Under the pieces are notes generated by a model. That model did no database searches. It was not told where the DNA came from and saw only the letters and a program-made list of their open reading frames with translations. The translations under genes and the position numbers were made by a program. Shown here one piece after another: positions 9,902 through 21,370 of a stretch of DNA of 64,000 nt (the stretch's first letter is position 1; each line of letters opens with the position of its first letter). Origin of the DNA: an uncultured Rickettsiaceae bacterium. GTDB lineage: Bacteria > Pseudomonadota > Alphaproteobacteria > Rickettsiales > Rickettsiaceae. The stretch spans positions 13,269 through 77,268 of the forward strand of contig CAWWAI010000001.1 in the NCBI GenBank assembly GCA_963934885.1. The letters are read 5' to 3'.

Positions 9902-11905
9902 ATGTCAATGAGTGATTTTAAAATACAATCTGACTATCAGCCAAGCGGTGATCAGCCTCTAGCTATCACCAAGTTACTGGCTGGTTTGAATTCTGGTAGC
10001 AAAGCGCAGATGTTGCTTGGGATAACGGGCTCTGGCAAGACCTTCACTATGGCTAATGTAATTGAAAAAACTGGTCGACCAGCTTTGATTATGGCACATA
10101 ACAAAACATTAGCAGCACAATTATATTCTGAGATGAAAGCGCTTTTTCCAGAAAATGCAGTGGAATATTTTGTTTCATATTATGATTATTATCAACCAGA
10201 AGCTTATATGCCAAGGACTGATACTTACATAGAAAAAGATTCTTCTATCAATGAACAAATTGATTTACTGCGTCACTCTGCAACTCGTTCGCTTATGGAA
10301 AGGCGTGATGTTATTGTTGTCTCATCTGTGTCTTGTATATATGGTTTAGGATCTCCTGAATTATATTCACAAATGGTATTAAAACTTGAATCTGGTAAGA
10401 ATTATAAGCGTCAGGATTTTTTAAATCAACTAGTTGACTTGCAATATACACGTAATGATATTGCTTTTGAGCGTGGTTCTTTTCGTGTTCTTGGTGAGAA
10501 TATCGATGTTTTTCCTTCGCATTATTCTACAAGAGCTTGGCGATTATCTTTCTTTGGTGATGAACTGGAATATATTAATGAGTTTGATCCATTAACGGGC
10601 GAGAAATATCGTAAACTTGAAGAAGCTGTATTATATGCTAATTCACATTTTGTAACCCCAGAGTCTGTAATTAAAAAAGCTATTGTGAATATTGCCGAGG
10701 AACTACAAGAAAGATTAGCTATTTTAAAAACATTAGATAAACCATTGGAGGCACATCGTTTAAATCAAAGAACGCAATATGATATTGAAATGTTACAAGC
10801 AACAGGAAGCTGCAAAGGTATTGAAAATTACTCAAGGTTTTTAACTGGTCGCGCATCTGGTATGCCACCGCCTACATTATTTGAGTATTTACCAGATGAT
10901 GCACTTTTGTTTGTTGATGAATCACATGTTATGGTTCCTCAAATTAGAGCAATGTATAATGGTGACAGGGCGCGCAAAACTTCGTTGGTAGAGTATGGTT
11001 TTAGACTGCCTTCAGCTTTAGATAATAGACCTTTAAAATTTGAAGAATGGCTAGAATATAGACCCCAAACGATCTTTGTTTCTGCGACTCCAGGACCATT
11101 CGAACTAGATGAGACAGCTGGGGAGGTGATAGAACTAGTCATTAGACCTACAGGATTGCTAGATCCAGTATGTATAGTTAAGCCAGCTATAAATCAGGTG
11201 GAAGATCTAGTTGATGAAATTAAAAATACTATTGCCAAGGGATTTAGAGTTCTTGTTACTACTTTAACTAAAAAAATGTCTGAAGATTTAAGTAATTACT
11301 TACAAGAGCTAGGACACCAAGTTGCATATTTGCATTCAGCAATTCAAACTCTAGAACGCATTGAAATAATCAAAAGTTTACGCAACGGTGAAATTGATAT
11401 TATTGTAGGGGTCAATTTGCTGCGTGAAGGGCTAGATATTCCAGAATGTGCTTTGGTTGCAATACTTGATGCTGATAAAGAAGGTTTTCTACGCTCCGAA
11501 ACTTCGTTAATTCAAACAATTGGTAGAGCAGCAAGAAATAGTGAGGGCCGAGTCATTCTATATGCTGATAAGATGACAAAATCTCTTGAAAAAGCCTTAT
11601 TTGAAACAGAGCGACGCAGAACAATACAGGAAGAATATAATACAAAACATGGCATCATACCAAAAACTATTACTAGTAAAATTCATGCTTTAATAGAATT
11701 ACAAAGAGTAGAAAAAATTACTGGAGGTGATGCAAAAACGGCTCAAGCAATTTTGGCTAATCCAGCTAAGCTCCAAAAACACATAGAAAGACTGCGCAAA
11801 GAAATGCGTATTGCTGCTAAAGATTTAGAATTTGAAGAAGCTGCTAAAATACGTGATCAGATAAACACACTAGAGACGGCCGCGCTAGAGTTAGCAGAAT
11901 TGTAG
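9902..11905 (+). CDS. uvrB: Excinuclease ABC subunit B
   Basis: [18 protein letters not shown] and DESH motifs; C-terminal UVR domain [11 protein letters not shown]. Confidence 0.98.
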   Translation: MSMSDFKIQSDYQPSGDQPLAITKLLAGLNSGSKAQMLLGITGSGKTFTMANVIEKTGRPALIMAHNKTLAAQLYSEMKALFPENAVEYFVSYYDYYQPEAYMPRTDTYIEKDSSINEQIDLLRHSATRSLMERRDVIVVSSVSCIYGLGSPELYSQMVLKLESGKNYKRQDFLNQLVDLQYTRNDIAFERGSFRVLGENIDVFPSHYSTRAWRLSFFGDELEYINEFDPLTGEKYRKLEEAVLYANSHFVTPESVIKKAIVNIAEELQERLAILKTLDKPLEAHRLNQRTQYDIEMLQATGSCKGIENYSRFLTGRASGMPPPTLFEYLPDDALLFVDESHVMVPQIRAMYNGDRARKTSLVEYGFRLPSALDNRPLKFEEWLEYRPQTIFVSATPGPFELDETAGEVIELVIRPTGLLDPVCIVKPAINQVEDLVDEIKNTIAKGFRVLVTTLTKKMSEDLSNYLQELGHQVAYLHSAIQTLERIEIIKSLRNGEIDIIVGVNLLREGLDIPECALVAILDADKEGFLRSETSLIQTIGRAARNSEGRVILYADKMTKSLEKALFETERRRTIQEEYNTKHGIIPKTITSKIHALIELQRVEKITGGDAKTAQAILANPAKLQKHIERLRKEMRIAAKDLEFEEAAKIRDQINTLETAALELAEL

Positions 11906-11925
11906 TAATTTAATTTATAGAGAAA

Positions 11926-13122
11926 CTATATTTCTTTAATTGCGGATTGTTGTACTAAAGAAAACAATATAGAAATCCATAAAAAGCTGCACATCCACCA
12001 GCTTTGCCACATATTGAAAGATATCATAGATATGATAAAGAACGTTACAAAGCATGCATAACCAGCAGCTTGTATATTAGATTTTTGTAAGCCATTTTTA
12101 GCAAAAAGATGATTCCATTTGAATAAATATTTGCAAGCTAAAGAGATGTAGAGAATTAGTCCAATACAACCATTTTCTAATAAAATTTGCATTAAATTAT
12201 TATGCGGATGCGTTGGAAGAGGGTGTAGCTGATATCCTTGATATTTTATCATAGCACTATCTGGCACTTCAATTTGCCTAGATGTACCATGTCCCCAACC
12301 CAAGATAGGCTTTTCCATAGATTTTTTAGCAGTAAAATCCCATATAAATAGGCGATGTTTTGCTGAAATTGGTAATGACTCAACATCTTTTGATAGTTTA
12401 TGTGGATCAAGATTTATTGCTATGAACACAAAAATAATAGAGCTGATGCTTAATATTAATGATAAAATTTTAGGGTTTTTGAAAAAAGTATATTTAGTTA
12501 ATATAAAAACTATTCCAGCTATAGAAAAACCCAAAAAGGAAGCTAAACTATCCGAGATACCAAGAGTGATAAAGGTTATAATATAAAGTGATAAAGCTAT
12601 AAAAGGCTTGTTACTTTGTAATAATTGTGCAATTGCAACCCAGGCAAACATGGCAAGTAGAGAACAACCACGATCTAGATAATGTAGATAAAATTGTTGC
12701 CCATCTTTATTTTGAAAGGCCTCACGAAACCATAGGCTGATAGCACCATTACTTATTAATTCAACATAAAATAATATAATTGTACCAAGGATAGAAGCAG
12801 TTAGAATTTGTTCTTTTAGTGGAATTTTATTTAATAGATGTTTAATCTGAGTTATTAGAATATATGTTACTATAGCTAAACTAAAAACTTTAAAGGCGGA
12901 TAAAAAACTAATAATAGGATTAATCGACCAAAAACAGCTAAAGAATAATAATAAACAGAATATTAGTTCTAGTTTAAATTCAGCAAAACTAATATTGATG
13001 CTATCTTTTATTAAATATAAGCTTGCCATCATAAATAATGGGATTGTAAGTCCCAAAGATAGTCCAGCTATTAAGCCTAAAATAGGTATTATAAAAATTA
13101 AAGTTAATGCGAATTGTTTCAT
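11926..13122 (-). CDS. O-antigen ligase family membrane protein
   Basis: Multi-TM protein with a periplasmic loop HRLFIW...PILGWGHG...HPHNNLMQILLENG. Confidence 0.82.
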   Translation of the reverse strand: MKQFALTLIFIIPILGLIAGLSLGLTIPLFMMASLYLIKDSINISFAEFKLELIFCLLLFFSCFWSINPIISFLSAFKVFSLAIVTYILITQIKHLLNKIPLKEQILTASILGTIILFYVELISNGAISLWFREAFQNKDGQQFYLHYLDRGCSLLAMFAWVAIAQLLQSNKPFIALSLYIITFITLGISDSLASFLGFSIAGIVFILTKYTFFKNPKILSLILSISSIIFVFIAINLDPHKLSKDVESLPISAKHRLFIWDFTAKKSMEKPILGWGHGTSRQIEVPDSAMIKYQGYQLHPLPTHPHNNLMQILLENGCIGLILYISLACKYLFKWNHLFAKNGLQKSNIQAAGYACFVTFFIISMISFNMWQSWWMCSFLWISILFSLVQQSAIKEI

Positions 13123-13137
13123 ATAAAAATTAGTGTT

Positions 13138-13722
13138 TTATTTTTCTTCCGCGGGAATACATTTTACGGGTAGAACTTCATAAACTGGATGCTCTAAAGT
13201 CGATAATGATGGATTAGAGGATAATACCCAGCCATGAAAGACTGAAAGATTATCATCATCATCTATTTTATTATCAAAGACAGTAAGCAGCATAAGATTA
13301 TTAGCATTAAACGGGTCAGTACTTTTAATACATTTATGTACTTCTATAGAGAGATTACCAAAAAATTTTATTTCACCAAGATTAAAGACGACTTTAGTAG
13401 ATTTCGCAGTAATCTTATTTAGTATAATTAGTTCAGCTCTACTCATTCGCACTAGTGGGTTATTTTGGCTGGAATCAATAGCTTGTTGAGAGTCATTTAG
13501 CTTATTAGAGTTTTTGCGCTCTTTTTTATGTTCATGAATTAATTTATCTAATAGAGAATCAATTTCTACCGAACAAGGAGGCGTACTACAAGCTTTGGTC
13601 TTAATTCCTAATGCCTGTTCAATGTCTTGCAGATCTAAGTCTTTAGCATTGGAATTCGTGTATATTAGTGTAATTAAAAGGCCGCTAATAAGAGAGATAA
13701 GTGTCAAATTCTTAATATTCAT
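13138..13722 (-). CDS. DUF2155 domain protein
   Basis: LNKITAKS, FHGWVLSSNPSLSTLEHPVYEV..VKC C-terminal signature; signal peptide. Confidence 0.8.
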   Translation of the reverse strand: MNIKNLTLISLISGLLITLIYTNSNAKDLDLQDIEQALGIKTKACSTPPCSVEIDSLLDKLIHEHKKERKNSNKLNDSQQAIDSSQNNPLVRMSRAELIILNKITAKSTKVVFNLGEIKFFGNLSIEVHKCIKSTDPFNANNLMLLTVFDNKIDDDDNLSVFHGWVLSSNPSLSTLEHPVYEVLPVKCIPAEEK

Positions 13723-14014
13723 CGTATATTACGGTTGTATATATTATAATTATTATTATAGACGATGTTGAGCCACAACACAACGGACCAGAACTAATAA
13801 AGTATCATTGGTAAATATTAAAAATTTTGATAATACGAGTTGTTTTAATGCAACATAGCTTAATTAGCTAATATCATGTCTTTTAAACCTTTGATACCCT
13901 TAACACAGATAATTCAACTAATGATTAATGTTGATATATTTATATATTAGTTGCAAAAGCTTTTATAAAAATATTACTATTGGTTTATTGTAAATATAAA
14001 AATATTATGTCTTA

Positions 14015-15327
14015 ATGAATTCATCAGAGCAAAAATTTACTAAAGAACAAAAAGAAGCTGTTGGTCTTTTATCTATTGGTACATTTCTTGAATATTTTGA
14101 TTTAATGCTTTATGTTCACATGGCGGTTTTGCTTAATGAGTTGTTTTTTCCTAAAACTGATCCTTTTACTGCTTCATTGATTTCTGCATTTGCTTTTTGT
14201 TCAACTTATATATTTAGACCATTTGGCGCTCTAATATTTGGTTGGTTGGGGGATAATATAGGTCGTAAACATACGGTTGTAATTACAACTTTTTTAATGG
14301 CTAGTTCTTGTATGGTTATGGCAGTTTTACCAACTTATGCTCAAATAGGAATAGCAGCCTCCTGGGGAATAACTATATGCCGTATAGTTCAAGGTATGTC
14401 GTCTATGGGTGAAATAATAGGTGCACAAATTTATTTATCAGAAACTATAAAACGCCCAAAACAATATCCAATTGTAGCTCTATTATCGTTACTAGCTGCT
14501 CTAGGCGGGGTTGTAGCCTTGGGTTTTACTACGTTAGTGATTAATTATAGTATGAGTTGGAGATATGCTTTTTGGTTTGGAGCAGGAGTGGCAATTGTTG
14601 GCTCTGTTGCAAGAACTTCTTTGAGAGAAACGCCTGATTTTGTCAATGCTAAAAAAAAGATTAGTAAAACATTTAATACTATGAATAAAGATATTACAGT
14701 ATTAGATGGGCAAAAACCTTGGCAAGAAAAATTGATCCAGTACATGCTTTAAACTTCTTTTTAATTCAATGCGGATGGCCTATTTGTTTTTATATTGCAT
14801 TTGTTCATTGTGGAAGTGTTCTACAGTTGTCCTTTGACTATAGTGTAGAGCAAGTAATTTATCAAAACTTTTTTGTTGCCGCTAGTGAAATGCTTGGTGT
14901 TTTTTTACTAATGGTTCTTTTAAGCTATTATCTGCACCCAATATTAATATTAAAAATTAAATTAGTTATTTTTAGTATTATATCTTTGATTTCTCCATGG
15001 ATTTTAGATAATGCTAGCACGCCAATTGAAATTTTCTTGGTACAAGCATTAATGATGTTTTTTGTACTTGAAGATACTCCAGCAAAAACTATCTTCTTTG
15101 ATTATTTTCCTGTTTTGAAAAAGTTTACATCAGCTGCCTTTCTATACGCTGTTTCTAGAGCTTTTATGTTTGTTATTACTTCATTTGGCTGTGTTTATTT
15201 TACAAATTTATATGGAAATTACGGATTATTAATAATAATTATTCCTGTTCTAGTATGCTATACATATGGGGTGCTTCATTTTCAAAGACTTGAGAAAAAA
15301 GCTGGTAAGTACTGTCCCTTTCTGTAG
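14015..15327 (+). pseudogene. ProP-like MFS transporter split by a 1-nt frameshift
   Basis: The N-half (GTFLEYFDLMLY, RPFGALIFGWLGDNIGRK, LRETPDF) runs to PWQEK. The C-half (IDPVHALNFFLIQCGWPICFY...) continues in another frame across an A5 run near 14727-14731. Confidence 0.8.
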
Positions 15328-15970
15328 AATTTAGAATAGAAGTTTTATATTCTTTTTTGACTAATGATCTAGGGGCTATTTTGATAGATAGAGCGTTATA
15401 ACATTCTTGCAATATAGAATTCTCTATAGAACAATTCTCTAGATATATAGATAATAGTAAAAACCACTCAATAGTTTCATCTGTAATTTTCTGAATTTTT
15501 TTATGAGACTTACTCCCAATAGTCTGCATATTATGCAACCTATCTACAACCTTAATCAGCAATACTTCTTTATCATCTTTCGCATAAGCATTATTGAGTA
15601 TTTCTTCTACGCTGAGTTTGCTACCATCAGGTCGCACGCGGGTTAGCATATCTACCATTTCTTCTATTCTACGACCAAAATTATCGAGAATCATGCTAGC
15701 TGTAACTGCTGTATCTTCTACTATATCGTGTAATATACTGGTAACTATTACATCGGTTTTGAGCTTATACTCAGATATCATATAAGGCTACTTTCTAATG
15801 GGTGAGTATAAAAAGGCTTGCCAGCTCTTTCTATACGGTCCATCATGATATTTCTTAGCCCAGTATATCGCCTTATTTATTAGATCAAAATCTAGTGTAT
15901 TTTCTGTATCTAATGAGTTAAGTCTTGCTACTAATCTAGTTGAATACTGACAAGGTTTCAAATAGTCCAT
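15239..15970 (-). pseudogene. RelA/SpoT-type HD hydrolase (small alarmone hydrolase-like), disrupted
   Basis: KAIYWAKKYHDG.YRKS, ILHDIVEDT and KVVDRLHNM motifs. Removing three single bases near 15824, 15792 and 15785 restores RKSGKPFYTHPLEVAYM. Confidence 0.82.
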
Positions 15971-16233
15971 ATTGATGCTTATAATAATTAATTTCTACTT
16001 AAGTTTAGTATTAAATTTTAGCGGGGTGTTACTATTTTATTATTTTAGGGAGCATTATTATTTAAATTAGAGGTTAAAATGTATTTAAGACAAAAAACAA
16101 TTTTTTGCTTTACAATAAATTGTCACATATAAAACTTTCTTGTGATTCTAAAAAGCTTGATTAGCAGTTATCAAAATTACTTAAATCTGTGGGCTGATTT
16201 ATAATATTTAAAGGGTTTAAACGCTAGATATAA

Positions 16234-16262
16234 CAAAACCCCAGAGTTAATCTGGGGTTTTG
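16234..16262. terminator. Rho-independent terminator-like hairpin downstream of the porin gene
   Basis: Perfect inverted repeat CAAAACCCCAGA-gttaa-TCTGGGGTTTTG, about 30 nt past the porin stop. Confidence 0.8.
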
Positions 16263-16292
16263 AGTATTATAAAATATATAATTTAAGTCTAA

Positions 16293-17621
16293 CTACAGAC
16301 TAAGTTTAGCACCAATTAAAGCAACAGTACCACGAGTCTTTTTCTTCGGTAGCTCCTTATTAAATTCTGGTCTACCTTTTAAGTTGAAGCCAGAAATTTC
16401 TGCATAAGGCTTAAATCCAGGGGCTAACTGATAGTTAGTGCCAATAGATACTGAATCTACAGTATTTTTGAATTGATTTGATTTAAAGTAAGATACAGAT
16501 GCTGCAAATGGACCTTGCTTATATGCCACAGCTCCAGTGTAGTAATCGGTTTTACGTCCAGTTTTATGAAATTCTGGAGTTGTAAGACTTTTACCTAAAG
16601 ATCCAAAAGAGGCTGCGTATGAAAAAGTACCAACATTTAGAATTGCACCAATATTATATGTTCTAAGATCACTTAATTTGGATATTTTTGGATCTTTATC
16701 ATCTTTTGTAGCAAATTGTTTGGCTTTTCCAGCGGCCTTACCATATTCACCAGATACTGCTAATTTAAAATCAACACCATCTGATATATTTTGATCTATA
16801 GCCAGGCCCCCAGATAAAGCATCTTTTACGCTGCTGTTAATTTCAAAGTAACTATTAGTAGTAGAATTTACAGTTCTTTTTGAAATCCCACTAGACTCTA
16901 TATGGGTACAATCTGCACCAGTATTACTAGAGTCTGGAGTATATGATATACCAGCTTGAACTTTAGTGGATTCAGTAACAGGAAAATTTGGAGTGTAGTA
17001 AGCTACTGAACGTGCAGGTTCACTACTATATTTTCTTTCGTCAGATTTTGTGGTTAATTTGCTATTTAGAAAAAATTCTGCAGATTTTGCAAATGATGGC
17101 TTTACAGGGGATTTTTGCATTAAATGCGCTGTTGCAAGATTCGCATACGTGGACCAATCACTGAAAGTTCCAGCAGCGATACTGCTTCCGCTAATCATCA
17201 TAGTAGATGATGCGGAAAATGGCGAACCAGCTTCAAGACGACCAAAATCGCTTTGCATATATATATGAGAGCCATTATAAGATGCTGAACCCTTTCTTTT
17301 TGCAGTAGGAACTAATACTATTTTACCACCATATTTAACTTCATCTACTTGGTTTGATATGTTGGCTACTATTGCTGTGCTATGATCAAATGCAAAACCC
17401 TTTCTATTTTTAGAAACATTTTTTTCATCGCCAACTAAATGGTTTTGATTTCTTAAGCCAGCTTGAAAATCTGCATAACCAGAAAGATTTACTTTAAGGC
17501 CTGATATTACTGGTGTTTTACCTGCAACTATTTCGGCTGCAATAGAGGAGGTCGCTATTGTCAGTGTGCTAACTGTAATAAGCAATAATTTTTTTAAGTT
17601 TTTCTTCATTATTCTACTCAT
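16293..17621 (-). CDS. Outer-membrane porin family protein
   Basis: Signal peptide, amphipathic beta strands, FGRLEAG motif, aromatic girdle residues, C-terminal strand ALIGAKLSL. Confidence 0.72.
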   Translation of the reverse strand: MSRIMKKNLKKLLLITVSTLTIATSSIAAEIVAGKTPVISGLKVNLSGYADFQAGLRNQNHLVGDEKNVSKNRKGFAFDHSTAIVANISNQVDEVKYGGKIVLVPTAKRKGSASYNGSHIYMQSDFGRLEAGSPFSASSTMMISGSSIAAGTFSDWSTYANLATAHLMQKSPVKPSFAKSAEFFLNSKLTTKSDERKYSSEPARSVAYYTPNFPVTESTKVQAGISYTPDSSNTGADCTHIESSGISKRTVNSTTNSYFEINSSVKDALSGGLAIDQNISDGVDFKLAVSGEYGKAAGKAKQFATKDDKDPKISKLSDLRTYNIGAILNVGTFSYAASFGSLGKSLTTPEFHKTGRKTDYYTGAVAYKQGPFAASVSYFKSNQFKNTVDSVSIGTNYQLAPGFKPYAEISGFNLKGRPEFNKELPKKKTRGTVALIGAKLSL

Positions 17622-18099
17622 AATTTTAATTTATTTTAATAAATATTCTATTTATCCAAATATATACTATTATATTCCCAAATTAATTATACTTAACATT
17701 ATCTTCTATTTCAAACAAGGTAAGCAACTTAAATATCATCAAATTATAAATCTTAAATTAAACAGCCTACTTAAAAGACACACTATCTTATTTTCTAGTG
17801 TTTTTAAATTGAACAAACTACAGTGCTTTATTGCTCTTTATGTCAAGTTATTGACGAGTGTAAAGCCATTCTTATCCTCTATATAACATTATTTTAAGTG
17901 TTATTTATAGCGCATCTTTAATATTAGAGAGACTCTATATAGTATAAGAAACAAAGTTAGAGTTGGCTTAATTAAAATCATCTTTATTATTATTTTAATT
18001 AAGCATGTTTTATCTATATAAATGGTATTTATTTTCATTGTGTTATATATTATGTTTTCTTAAAATAAATCTCAATATAATGATAGGTTTTGTATTTAT

Positions 18100-18666
18100 A
18101 TGTCCATAATGTCTGATAAATGGATAAAAGCAAAATCAATTAAGAACGATATGATTTTGCCTTTTGTAGATAAACAGGTCAAGCAGAAAGATTCTGGTAA
18201 GATAATTTCTTATGGAGTTTCTTCATATGGTTATGATGCCAGGGTTTCTAATGAATTTAAGATTTTTACAAACATCAATACAACAATAGTTGATCCCAAA
18301 AATTTTGATAAAGATAGTCTAGTACATAGGGAAACTGATATATGTATTATTCCTCCTAATAGCTTTGTTTTGGCAAGAACCGTGGAATATTTTAAAATAC
18401 CAGAAGATGTTCTGGTTATATGTGTTGGTAAATCAACTTATGCCAGGTGTGGAATTATTGTGAATGTAACACCGCTTGAACCAGGGTGGGAAGGGCACGT
18501 GACATTAGAATTTTCTAATACTACTCCACTACCGGCTAAAATTTATGCTGGTGAAGGCGCTTGTCAGTTTTTATTTTTTCAAGGTAATGAGCAATGCTCC
18601 ACATCGTATGCAGATCGTAATGGTAAATATATGGGGCAAACTGGAGTAACATTACCACGTACATAA
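18100..18666 (+). CDS. dcd: dCTP deaminase
   Basis: [20 protein letters not shown] and TPLEPGWEG motifs. Confidence 0.96.
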   Translation: MSIMSDKWIKAKSIKNDMILPFVDKQVKQKDSGKIISYGVSSYGYDARVSNEFKIFTNINTTIVDPKNFDKDSLVHRETDICIIPPNSFVLARTVEYFKIPEDVLVICVGKSTYARCGIIVNVTPLEPGWEGHVTLEFSNTTPLPAKIYAGEGACQFLFFQGNEQCSTSYADRNGKYMGQTGVTLPRT

Positions 18667-18706
18667 AAAGATTAGAATTAATATAATTAATATAGGTATA
18701 ACTAAA

Positions 18707-19156
18707 ATGTCATCAGAAGAACAAAATAATCCACACATATCTGTTAATGCACAATATATAAAGGATTTTTCATTTGAAAATCCAGGTGCTCCAGGTACGT
18801 TAGCCTCTCTTGAAAATACTCCTCAAATTGATTTATCTCTTGATTTGAATGTACAAAAAATGCCAGAAGAGGGGTATTATGAAGTAGAAATTTCAATCAG
18901 CGCAAAAGCTGTTTTAGAAACGAAAACTTTATTTGTAGTTGATTTAAAATATGCGGGAATTTTTAATCTTATTAATATACCAGAAGATCAAATTAAAATG
19001 TTGTTGGCAGTGCATTGTCCAGCAATAATTTTCCCTTATGCAAGAAAAATCATTGCGGACGTAACGCAAGATGGTGGATTTCAACCATTAATGATTGATC
19101 CTGTAGATTTCGGTGTTTTGTATAATAAAAAAATGACAGAAGGTAAAGGGGTGTGA
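18707..19156 (+). CDS. secB: Protein export chaperone SecB
   Basis: [12 protein letters not shown] and [13 protein letters not shown] motifs. Confidence 0.95.
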   Translation: MSSEEQNNPHISVNAQYIKDFSFENPGAPGTLASLENTPQIDLSLDLNVQKMPEEGYYEVEISISAKAVLETKTLFVVDLKYAGIFNLINIPEDQIKMLLAVHCPAIIFPYARKIIADVTQDGGFQPLMIDPVDFGVLYNKKMTEGKGV

Positions 19157-19390
19157 TAAAGAAAAACAAAACTTGATTCTACAACTGCTTATGAATGGTA
19201 ATATTGTAGATAAGTGATGCAAGCAAAGAAACTATTGCTATTATAGGGTAAAAGATTAATCTATAAATAGTTAAGTTTGTAAGATTAAATATAGTTTGCT
19301 AATAAATATGTAAAAACACTTGATTTTTACTATGTAAAATGAGAGCTTTGTTAAAAGTAAAATTTTGTTTAAGGAAGATTAAGAGTAAAA

Positions 19391-20125
19391 ATGAGAGTAT
19401 TACTTATAGAAGATGATTCTTCTACCGCCAGATCTATAGAACTGGCTCTTGCAGCTGAAGGCATTATTTGTGACACTGCAGAAGTGGGTGTAGATGGAGT
19501 CGAAATTGGTAAGATTTACGATTATGATATAATTATTTTAGATTTGATGTTACCAGATATTGATGGTTATGAAGTATTGCTACGTTTACGCTCAGCAAAG
19601 ATTAAAACCCCGATTTTAATTCTTTCAGGTCTTGCATCTGTAGATCAAAAAATCAAAGGTCTAGGTTTTGGTGCAGATGATTATTTAACCAAGCCATTTA
19701 ATAGAGGCGAACTGATTGCAAGAATTCAAGCAATTGTGCGTCGTTCGAAAGGTCATTCCGAGTCTGTTATAAGATTTGATAAGGTGAAAATTAATTTAGA
19801 TACAAGAGTTGTTGAAGTTGATGGTAATTCTGTTCATTTAACAAACAAAGAATATGCAATCTTAGAATTACTTGCTATGCGTAAAGACACAGTTCTTACA
19901 AAAGAAATGTTTCTTAATCACTTATATAGCAGTGTGGATGAGCCTGAAATAAAAATTATTGATGTGTTCGTTTGTAAATTACGTAAAAAACTATCAGAAG
20001 CTTCTGGCGGTGTGAATTATATCGAGACTGTTTGGGGGCGTGGTTATATGTTGAAGGACTATGAAGAAACTCATGGTGTTTCACTTCAAGAAGAAAGCAA
20101 CCAAAATGAGTTAGATTTAGGTTAG
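19391..20125 (+). CDS. ctrA: Cell-cycle master response regulator CtrA
   Basis: [48 protein letters not shown] and IETVWGRGY motifs; follows secB. Confidence 0.95.
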   Translation: MRVLLIEDDSSTARSIELALAAEGIICDTAEVGVDGVEIGKIYDYDIIILDLMLPDIDGYEVLLRLRSAKIKTPILILSGLASVDQKIKGLGFGADDYLTKPFNRGELIARIQAIVRRSKGHSESVIRFDKVKINLDTRVVEVDGNSVHLTNKEYAILELLAMRKDTVLTKEMFLNHLYSSVDEPEIKIIDVFVCKLRKKLSEASGGVNYIETVWGRGYMLKDYEETHGVSLQEESNQNELDLG

Positions 20126-20154
20126 ATAACTTGTATAAACTTATTTTATTATAG

Positions 20155-20190
20155 AAAGCTCATCTTATTTAATGTAGGATGAGTTTTTTT
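20155..20190 (+). terminator. Rho-independent terminator after ctrA
   Basis: Stem CTCATCTTA / TAGGATGAG (one G.U pair), 7-nt loop, followed by T7. Confidence 0.7.
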
Positions 20191-20204
20191 AGTGTAGAGA
20201 TTTT

Positions 20205-21203
20205 ATGCAAACAGATATTGCAATTATAGGAGCTGGACCAGTTGGTATTTTTAGCGCATTCCAGTCTGGTATGTTAGGAATGAAAGCTTGCATAATTGAT
20301 GCATTAGACGTGCCTGGTGGTCAATGCAGCGCACTATATCCTGAAAAGCCAATATATGATATTCCGGCATATCCAGAAATTCTTTCTCAAAATCTTGTAG
20401 ATAATCTTATAGCGCAGGCCAAGCCATTTAATCCAACATATTTGATGTCACGACAAGTGATTGGTTTTGAACAAAGCTCTGATATGTTTAAGCTCATTAC
20501 TTCTAAAGGGGATATAATCAAAGCTAAAGCAATAATTATTGCAGCAGGTGCTGGTGCATTTGGTCCTAATAGACCACCTCTAAAAAATATTGAGTCTTAC
20601 GAGGGAAAATCTGTATTTTATTTAGTATCAAAAAGAGAATCTTTTGCTGGTAAAAAAATTGTTATTGCTGGTGGTGGTGACTCTGCTGTAGATTGGGCTA
20701 TATCTTTATCATCAATAGCGCAAGTTAGCTTGGTGCATAGAAGAGCAAAATTTAGAGCAGCCCCCGCTACTATTCAAAAAATATATAAGCTTGCAGAATT
20801 AGGCAAGATAGATTTGGTAACTAATTTTCAATTATCTGAATTGCATGGAGATTCTGGTGAATTGAAAGAAGTAATAGTTGCTGATTTAGATGGTAACAAA
20901 AAGCATATTCCTGCTGATATATTACTACCATTCTTTGGACTATCTCAAAACTTAGGACCGATAAGTCAATTTGGACTAGAAGAAAAAGGACATCATATTA
21001 AAGTAAAGCATCCATATTTCGAAACTAATATCCCTGGTCTTTATGCGGTAGGTGATGTTGCTACATACGAAGGTAAGCTAAAGCTTATACTTACGGGTTT
21101 TTCAGAGGTGTCTTCAGCTCTACATCATGCTTATGCTAGAGTATTTGATGGTAAAGCCTTGCATTTTGAATATTCAACGTCTAAAGGTGTGGTTGCAAAA
21201 TAA
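20205..21203 (+). CDS. Ferredoxin--NADP(+) reductase, thioredoxin-reductase-like (YumC/TrxB2 type)
   Basis: IIGAGPVG, GGQCSALYPEKPIYDIP and GGGDSAVDWA motifs; no CxxC. Confidence 0.88.
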   Translation: MQTDIAIIGAGPVGIFSAFQSGMLGMKACIIDALDVPGGQCSALYPEKPIYDIPAYPEILSQNLVDNLIAQAKPFNPTYLMSRQVIGFEQSSDMFKLITSKGDIIKAKAIIIAAGAGAFGPNRPPLKNIESYEGKSVFYLVSKRESFAGKKIVIAGGGDSAVDWAISLSSIAQVSLVHRRAKFRAAPATIQKIYKLAELGKIDLVTNFQLSELHGDSGELKEVIVADLDGNKKHIPADILLPFFGLSQNLGPISQFGLEEKGHHIKVKHPYFETNIPGLYAVGDVATYEGKLKLILTGFSEVSSALHHAYARVFDGKALHFEYSTSKGVVAK

Positions 21204-21370
21204 ATATATGCTAGATTCCCGGGTTAGAAAAATTATTGATAATAAATATCACCCTGTCAGATCAAGTATAGAGTTTTACAATTTTTGTAGTTTCTATTTT
21301 TTTGTGTCATATTCTTTTTCTTTTAAAACTTATAATTTTTATTTATTATAATTTATCAGAATTTACATAA

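Noticed and set aside
17566-17886. 106-aa plus-strand ORF upstream of the porin
   Set aside because: Low-complexity AT-rich translation overlapping the porin start and promoter region; probably spurious.
19200-19390. CtrA autoregulatory sites upstream of ctrA
   Set aside because: Several TTAA half-sites are present, but the neighbouring pairs checked are spaced by 11, 10 and 6 nt. None matches N7.
21209-21351. GCTAGATTCCCGG repeat-like remnant and the 74-aa ORF 21127-21351
   Set aside because: The match to Rickettsiales repeats is too short to support. The ORF overlaps the reductase 3' end and has no motif.
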